Origin: an uncultured Poribacteria bacterium
GTDB lineage: Bacteria; Poribacteria; WGA-4E; WGA-3G
Direction of reading: 5' to 3'
DNA: 64,000 nt
Assembly: GCA_958296135.2 (NCBI GenBank)
Contig: CATQHZ020000001.1
Span: forward strand, 864,001 to 928,000
In this document: one piece after another, positions 57,750-64,000 of the stretch
Position numbering within the stretch: the first letter of the stretch is position 1
Layout of the letters: the number at the start of each line of letters is the position of its first letter
Notes under the pieces: generated by a model
What the model was told of the DNA's origin: nothing
What the model saw: only the letters and a program-made list of their open reading frames with translations
The model's database searches: none
Made by a program: the position numbers and the translations under genes

Positions 57750-58008
57750 GCATTCCTTTCTAAATTTGTTAGGCCTGACGCAGAAACGGGCCCCGTCGGC
57801 GCGCTGTGATAGCGCGCGGGTACAAATCGCTACGTAAGTCCTACTGACTGTATGTCACAAATTATAGCAGAATTCGGCGTGGAAGTCAACTTAAAAATTT
57901 TCTTGCATTCCGCGCGTTTTTGTGGTATTATTTTAATGTGAAGGCTTGTCAACGTTTTCAGCGGCAGATTCGTTAACGCGTTCGTAAATACACTTCAGAG
58001 GAGATAAA

Positions 58009-58821
58009 ATGATGTTTGCCAAAATCAACGAATTCATGAGAATCTTGAGAGCGGCGTGCTACCTGCTGCCAGCGATGCTCATCCTCGGGCTTTACGGGTG
58101 TTACATCGATGCCAACGACACGAACGATGACGAACCGCCCGCTGTGCCGCGCGGCGTTTTCACCACGACAGGCGACGAACAGGTCAGCGTGGAGTGGTAT
58201 CCGAACAACGAAGCTGACCTGGTGGGTTACCGGGTCTGGCGCGGAAACGATGGCACGAATTTTGACAATTTGTTAGCAGAAACGGCCGTGGCCCGCTACA
58301 TTGATACCGACGTGCGCAACGGCGAAACCTATTTCTACGCCGTTTCCGCCTATGATATTGATGGCAATGAGAGTGGGCTCAGCCCTGAAGACGCGCGGGA
58401 TACGCCGCGGCCCGAGGGACGCAACATCGTCCTTAACGACTACCAGGTCTTTCCCGGCCGAAGCGGCTTTGATTTCTCGCGGCCCGACAAAGGGAGCATC
58501 CCGTGGGATACGTCCCAAACCGATTTCTACTTCGGCTTGGAGCCCGAAGTCAACGTCACGTATTTCTATTCCGATAACGAGACGCTGATGCAAGACCTGG
58601 GTTATCACGAGAGTTTTGACGATGTCGATGTCGTCCCCGAAGTTGGGTATACGACGTTATTCGTTGAGGCGATTGAAGGACATATCTACGCGCTTTACAC
58701 CCCCGATGGGAACTTCGCGAAGATCCGAGTTCGCGAAATGTCGGGCGACGAAGTCGTTTTTGACTGGGCATACCAGCCAGATCTGGATAATGTGCAACTT
58801 GCGCCGCCTTTGAACCGATGA
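58009..58821 (+). CDS. Lipoprotein with a fibronectin type III domain
   Basis: LYGC lipobox; PP..P.G, W..N.E.DL.GY.V.R and Y.Y.VSAYD..GNES..S. Confidence 0.8.
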   Translation: MMFAKINEFMRILRAACYLLPAMLILGLYGCYIDANDTNDDEPPAVPRGVFTTTGDEQVSVEWYPNNEADLVGYRVWRGNDGTNFDNLLAETAVARYIDTDVRNGETYFYAVSAYDIDGNESGLSPEDARDTPRPEGRNIVLNDYQVFPGRSGFDFSRPDKGSIPWDTSQTDFYFGLEPEVNVTYFYSDNETLMQDLGYHESFDDVDVVPEVGYTTLFVEAIEGHIYALYTPDGNFAKIRVREMSGDEVVFDWAYQPDLDNVQLAPPLNR

Positions 58822-58929
58822 CTGTCGTGCGAGGGCGAGTTGTCCTTCGCGAATCCGCTGTGGGCCCTTCACCGTAGCGCGATGGAAAACCTGTCCCTCG
58901 CAAGGCTGTCCTTATAAAAGGAATTTCAG

Positions 58930-59586
58930 ATGAAAGCAAAACTAGTGCAATCTTTACCATTATGTTTCATACTCATTCTCATCGCGGTGATGACGCAAGG
59001 GGTGACACTCGCTGAGCCTACCGAAACCGCTATCGGCGACGAGGTTCTCCCCGGTGAGAAAGTTAAAACGCAACGTCAGAATTATCAGTTGTTCGCCTCA
59101 AGGCTGCCGGACGCGCCGCGGGCAGAACGCGTTTATCCGCTTTTCCGGGCGCACGCGCATCGGTATTACCCTGAACGCGATGCGCAAAAAGCGACTCGGT
59201 TATCGATGCTGATGCCCGGACTCGGCCAAGCTTACGCGGGGAATTACGGCAAAGCGAGTTTCTTCCTCGTTGCAGAGCTGGGGACATTCGCGCTTGCTGG
59301 CTATAACCTTGCGCGCGCCCTACACTACAACGACAGTGGCGGTTTTGAGACCGGATTCCACGACCCGAGGCTTGGCGAATTCTTAACCGCCGATCAGGCA
59401 CGTGTCCGCATGCGCAACCATACCGTCTTCAGCGGGCTGTTTCTCGTTACCGGCATCGGCTTGCATCTCTGGAACGTCTTTGATGCCGCGAAAACAACCG
59501 AGGCGTATAATAATCGAAGATTTTCCGTGCAAATGCAACAAAGAGATAGTGGGATGCATTCCGTTGTTTTCACGCATCAATTTTAA
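58930..59586 (+). CDS. Secreted or membrane protein (PGLGQ.Y motif, DUF5683/TM2-like)
   Basis: A..LS.LMPGLGQAY.G.Y.K and W NV.DA; terminal Phe. Confidence 0.7.
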   Translation: MKAKLVQSLPLCFILILIAVMTQGVTLAEPTETAIGDEVLPGEKVKTQRQNYQLFASRLPDAPRAERVYPLFRAHAHRYYPERDAQKATRLSMLMPGLGQAYAGNYGKASFFLVAELGTFALAGYNLARALHYNDSGGFETGFHDPRLGEFLTADQARVRMRNHTVFSGLFLVTGIGLHLWNVFDAAKTTEAYNNRRFSVQMQQRDSGMHSVVFTHQF

Positions 59587-59611
59587 AGGATGGGTTCCGG
59601 AGGTTACAAAT

Positions 59612-60604
59612 ATGCCTCATGCAACATTGGGTAGGCGCGATGTAGCGCGCTGCTTGCGAGCGCGTCGTACAACGCCAATAGCGAAGCGTTTACTGATTTT
59701 TCTCGTAGTCGTTGGCATCTTTGCGGTATCGCTAGGTGCAGTGGCACGTCGCGGACAAATCGTCTCTCCGTCGTCCTCGCGAGCATCGGAAGCCGTTCCT
59801 CTTCGTGAAAGTGTTGCGGAGAGTCTGGTTGCGGTTGAGAACACAGATTCATCCCCTTTTCAGGTGGGTGAGAAGTTAACTTATAAAGTCAAGTTGCGCA
59901 GGTTACCCGCTGGTAAGCGGGTAGATAACGTCGTCCAAAAGACGACGGTGAACGGGCAGCGTGTCTATCATATCCGCTCCGAGGCGCGAACGAAATCTAT
60001 TTTTCGGCTCTATCACTTCCGGAACGAGCAAGAAACGTATATTTTGCGGCGTGGGCAAGTCTCCGAATCGTTATTGCGAGTTGGGGCATCAGACGTGGGT
60101 TTTTCGCCTGTGCGTTTTCGGAATCAGTTGGAGGATAGGAAGTACCGCGCCACCGTTATCGCGAATTTCCTTCAAACGCCGGGTGCGCAGCTGTCTGGCC
60201 CTGCGGGCGAGATAGCGTACGAGAAGATTTCTCGCAAGGACCCGGAATCGCCGCAGCGGCGCGAGAAAAAAACTTTAGCGATGCCCACCGGTACGCAGGA
60301 CGAGTTATCGATGCTCTATTTCCTGCGCGGTAAATGCCTCACGCTTGGAAAAACCTATTTTTTTCCGCTGCTGGCCAAAGGGAAAGTGCAGAAGGTGACG
60401 CTCACTGTTGAACGCCGGGACATCGTGAAGAATAAGGCGTTAGGCCCGGTGAGAACCCTCGTGTTGCGTACTTCAAACGGTTCGCGGCTGTGGTTGACTG
60501 ACGATTCGCGCCGTATCCCCGTCCAAATTGAGGCAACCAGCAAAATCGGCACAATGAAAGCCACCTTAGAGAAGGTAGAATTTTCCGTATCAAGACAGGA
60601 TTGA
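59612..60604 (+). CDS. DUF3108 domain-containing protein
   Basis: Motifs PF.VGEKLTY, QD.LS.LY.LR and LWLTDD.RRIPV; GGAGG RBS before ATG 59612. Confidence 0.82.
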   Translation: MPHATLGRRDVARCLRARRTTPIAKRLLIFLVVVGIFAVSLGAVARRGQIVSPSSSRASEAVPLRESVAESLVAVENTDSSPFQVGEKLTYKVKLRRLPAGKRVDNVVQKTTVNGQRVYHIRSEARTKSIFRLYHFRNEQETYILRRGQVSESLLRVGASDVGFSPVRFRNQLEDRKYRATVIANFLQTPGAQLSGPAGEIAYEKISRKDPESPQRREKKTLAMPTGTQDELSMLYFLRGKCLTLGKTYFFPLLAKGKVQKVTLTVERRDIVKNKALGPVRTLVLRTSNGSRLWLTDDSRRIPVQIEATSKIGTMKATLEKVEFSVSRQD

Positions 60605-60605
60605 C

Positions 60606-63600
60606 GTGATAGCACATTTACGCGAAACCCAAAATTATCAAAAGCTGATTGCCGCCCTTGAGAACGGTGGGCTTAAAAATGATGGCCCTAAAAACAGTGG
60701 ACGACTGCCGTGGCTGCGCGGGGTGCCGAATGCTGCCACCGCGTACCTCTTGGCGATGCTCATTAACGAATTGCCGGAAAAATCGTTCCTCATTGTGCTT
60801 CCCTCGCAAAAAGAAGCAGAATTGATGAGAGAGGATATCCGTGCCTTCCTTGCACATAGCGATAACGGCTCGGGCTGCCGAACGCGAGCGGTTGCTGAAG
60901 AAGGGCTGTCCTTGTTTCCGGCGTGGACATCCACGCTTTTGCGTGGCATCACTCCCTCTAAAAACACGATAGCGGCGCGGATGCAGTGTTTCCATCGTCT
61001 GCTACAGGTGCCGGAACGTAGCATCGTTATCACGACGAGCAGTGCGCTGCAGGACAGACTGCCACGGTGCGCCGATTTTGCTATGGCGTTTCGTGTCCTG
61101 CAGACGGGCGATGAAGTCGAGCCAGACGATGTGGAGGCCCTGCTACTCCGCGGCGGTTACCAGCGCGTTGCGCTCGTTGAAGTGAAGGGGGAATTCGCGC
61201 GCCGTGGCGACATTCTCGATGTCTATCCACTCACCGCCGATACACCTATGCGTCTGGAGTTTTTCGGCGACGAACTGGACTCTATCCGCGCGTTTGATGC
61301 TACGTCGCAACGTTCAACGGAACCGCTGGATTCCGTCGCGCTCTCACCGATGCAAGAGCTTCTCACAGACGACTGGGCGGCACAGACATCACATCTCATT
61401 GATTACCTCCGCGAGGAGACGTGTGTTGTCCGCATAGAGCCGCAGTGGCAGAAACGCGATGCGGCGCAGCTATTTGAAGAGATGCAGGAGTTGTCCAAAC
61501 AGGAGTTAGAGTCTTCACAACTCATGCTGCCGCCGGATAAGGCGTTCGTGCCGTTTGAGGAGGTGGAGGCGCGGTTAGCGGCGTATCCGGTTATCTGTGC
61601 GTCGTTAGCATCGCCGCGCGGTATCGTGCCTGAGCCCGATTTTCTCCGGTTTGATATGAAACCGCTGGTGCTCCCGCGCGGCAACTATCAGACGGTGTTC
61701 AACCACATTCAAACGTGGATAAGGCAAGGGGTTCAGGTTCATGTTTTCTGTGAGAGTCCGCAGCAGGCGAAGCGCGTCTCTGAGATTTTGGCGGAACGCG
61801 CGCTCATTCCGAGGCGTATCAACGTCGGCGCAATCAGCGGCGGTTTTCTTGATGAGTCGCTGAACCTCGCTGTCATCTCCGAGCATGAACTTTTTGGGAA
61901 CCGCTACCACCGTCCGCACCGCCCGAGGCCCTCTCAGGATGGAACCCCGATTCTCAGCCTGATGGACTTGAAGGTGGGGGACTATGTGGTGCATGTCTCG
62001 CACGGCATTGCCATTTATGATGGCATTCGCCGATTGACGCTTGACAGCGGTTCGCAAGAAGGCCCTGAAAGCCGCCCGCTGCAGCAAGACTTTCTTGTCC
62101 TTAAGTACAGTTCGGACGATATCCTCTATGTGCCGACAGACCAGGTAGCTCTGGTTCAGAAGTATATCGGCAGTCAAGAGGAATCCCACAAGCCGCGCGT
62201 GGATAAGCTCGGGGGCACTGCATGGCATCGGCGAAAAGCGCGCGCCCAAGCCGCCATTGAACAGATGGCGGATGAGCTCCTCAAGTTATACGCCGTTCGG
62301 CAGGCACGCAAGGGATTTAATTTTCCTGCTGAGGTGCCGTGGCAGGCGGAATTTGAGGCACTCTTTCCTTACCAAGAAACAGCAGACCAGGTTCGTGCCA
62401 TTGAGGACGTGGAGGCTGACATGGAAGCGGGACGCCCCATGGATAGGCTTGTGTGTGGCGATGTCGGTTATGGGAAAACGGAAGTAGCTTTGCGCGCCGC
62501 CTTCAAAGCGGTGATGGCTGAGAAACAGGTGGCCGTGCTTGTGCCGACGACGATTCTCGCGCTTCAGCACTACGACACTTTTGAAAAACGCTTCAGCCCT
62601 TTTCCGGTTCAAGTTGAGATTTTAAGCCGTTTTCGGACGCGGGACGAAATAAAAAAGGTGAAGGCGGGGCTTGCCGATGGCACGGTTGATATTGTCATCG
62701 GGACGCACAGTCTTCTCGCCCAGAGCGTTGAATTTGGCAATCTTGGGCTTCTCATTGTTGACGAGGAGCACCGCTTCGGCGTGAGGCACAAGGAGAAAAT
62801 CAAGCAGTTTAAGGATACGGTTGACGTTCTCACATTGACGGCTACCCCGATTCCGCGCACGCTGCACATGTCGCTTATGGGCATCCGCGATTTCAGCGTT
62901 ATCAACACACCGCCTGCGAATCGGCTGCCCATCCAGACGTATGTCATGCCGTTCAACCCGGATGTTATCCGCGAGGCAGTTAACGCGGAGTTGGAGCGCG
63001 GCGGGCAGGTGTTTTTTGTTCACAACCGTGTCCAGAGTATCCAGACTGTGGCGGAGACGCTTCGGGGGCTGGTACCGGAAGCGCGGATTGCTGTCGCGCA
63101 TGGGCAAATGCCGGAGCGCGAATTGGAGAACGTCATGCTGGAATTTGTCCGCCATAAGCACGATGTCCTGGTCTGCACGATGATTATTGAATCGGGGCTG
63201 GATATCCCGAACGTTAACACTATCCTGATTGATAGGGCTGATGCGCTCGGTTTGGCGCAGCTTTATCAGTTGCGGGGGCGAGTCGGGCGCGCCGATGCGC
63301 AGGCGTACGGTTACTTGTTCTATCCACAAACCCAGGTTATCACCGAGGGCGCGCAGAAAAGACTCCGCGTGATTGAGGAATTTACAGACCTCGGTTCCGG
63401 ATTCAAAATCGCGCTTCGGGATTTAGAAATCCGCGGCACCGGCAATATTCTCGGTGCTGAACAGCACGGGCACATCGTCACTATCGGCTATGAACTTTAC
63501 TGCAAAATGCTGGAAGAGGCGGTGCTGGCGTTGCAAGGGGAAGCGGTTGAAGAACACGTTGAGACGCGTATCAGCCTGCCGATTGAGGCATATTTGCCCG

Positions 63601-64000
63601 ATGACTACGTGCCGGATAGCCGCCAGAAGGTGTCTATCTACAAGAAAATCGCCGCTGTTCAAAGCGACGGGGCCCTCAAGGAACTGCGCGAAGAATTGAA
63701 CGATAGATACGGCGCGGTGCCGAAACCGGCTGAGATGCTGCTTGCCATTGCAAGCCTGAAGCGGCTCTGTCAACGGCTCAGCATCACCGCGATTGTCGGC
63801 GGCAACTCACGGGTGAAAGTCACCTTTGACGAACGAAATCCGAAAATCAATGTCCAACGGCTGATGGAGGTAGTCCAGGGGGATGCGAACCTCCGGTTAA
63901 TTCCGCCATCACAATTAGCTATTCGCATTCGGGGAGTCGGGGGCGGTTCGCACGCCGGTCCCAAAACCCGCGGCGAGAAGATACTGAGTGTTTTGGCACA
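60606..64000 (+). CDS. mfd: Transcription-repair coupling factor (3' end outside window)
   Basis: Not in the ORF track because there is no stop in the window. From GTG 60606: GEFARRGDILDVY, GDYVVHVSHGI, MDRLVCGDVGYGKTEVALRAAF, DEEHRFGV, TATPIPRTL and QLYQLRGRVGR. Confidence 0.97.
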   Translation, partial: MIAHLRETQNYQKLIAALENGGLKNDGPKNSGRLPWLRGVPNAATAYLLAMLINELPEKSFLIVLPSQKEAELMREDIRAFLAHSDNGSGCRTRAVAEEGLSLFPAWTSTLLRGITPSKNTIAARMQCFHRLLQVPERSIVITTSSALQDRLPRCADFAMAFRVLQTGDEVEPDDVEALLLRGGYQRVALVEVKGEFARRGDILDVYPLTADTPMRLEFFGDELDSIRAFDATSQRSTEPLDSVALSPMQELLTDDWAAQTSHLIDYLREETCVVRIEPQWQKRDAAQLFEEMQELSKQELESSQLMLPPDKAFVPFEEVEARLAAYPVICASLASPRGIVPEPDFLRFDMKPLVLPRGNYQTVFNHIQTWIRQGVQVHVFCESPQQAKRVSEILAERALIPRRINVGAISGGFLDESLNLAVISEHELFGNRYHRPHRPRPSQDGTPILSLMDLKVGDYVVHVSHGIAIYDGIRRLTLDSGSQEGPESRPLQQDFLVLKYSSDDILYVPTDQVALVQKYIGSQEESHKPRVDKLGGTAWHRRKARAQAAIEQMADELLKLYAVRQARKGFNFPAEVPWQAEFEALFPYQETADQVRAIEDVEADMEAGRPMDRLVCGDVGYGKTEVALRAAFKAVMAEKQVAVLVPTTILALQHYDTFEKRFSPFPVQVEILSRFRTRDEIKKVKAGLADGTVDIVIGTHSLLAQSVEFGNLGLLIVDEEHRFGVRHKEKIKQFKDTVDVLTLTATPIPRTLHMSLMGIRDFSVINTPPANRLPIQTYVMPFNPDVIREAVNAELERGGQVFFVHNRVQSIQTVAETLRGLVPEARIAVAHGQMPERELENVMLEFVRHKHDVLVCTMIIESGLDIPNVNTILIDRADALGLAQLYQLRGRVGRADAQAYGYLFYPQTQVITEGAQKRLRVIEEFTDLGSGFKIALRDLEIRGTGNILGAEQHGHIVTIGYELYCKMLEEAVLALQGEAVEEHVETRISLPIEAYLPDDYVPDSRQKVSIYKKIAAVQSDGALKELREELNDRYGAVPKPAEMLLAIASLKRLCQRLSITAIVGGNSRVKVTFDERNPKINVQRLMEVVQGDANLRLIPPSQLAIRIRGVGGGSHAGPKTRGEKILSVLA

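Noticed and set aside
60618-63964. Many short ORFs at the window end
   Set aside because: They are alternative-frame or antisense shadows of the uninterrupted mfd frame starting at 60606.

Overview
A 64-kb bacterial window that resembles Candidatus Poribacteria. This is inferred from the LamG protein ending KLATSWGKIK, the lamin-tail surface protein, and the expanded Uma2, DUF433 and Gfo/Idh/MocA families. Core and catabolic genes include floA x2, nfeD x2, hisD, murA, mfd (partial), sixA, sugar kinases, enolase-superfamily enzymes and oxidoreductases. They are interleaved with single defence or toxin-antitoxin-type genes: a DUF1156 methylase, a Mrr cluster, two methylase-nuclease fusions, a TIGR04255 three-gene cassette, and orphaned antitoxins. 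Intergenic space is dominated by mosaics of at least five GTAG-type REP palindrome families, with nested loop inserts and heterologous REPIN-like pairs. I found no rRNA, tRNA, CRISPR array, transposase or integrase. The most interesting candidates are four. (1) A poly-C leader-ORF and structured-RNA switch upstream of a 1162-aa surface protein. (2) A TIGR04255 / unknown / ART-like three-gene cassette resembling a toxin-antitoxin-chaperone defence system. (3) The multi-family REP system, including copies embedded in frame inside proteins. (4) A tandemly duplicated Mrr locus with swapped payloads. All family assignments come from motif recognition by eye; no database searches were run.
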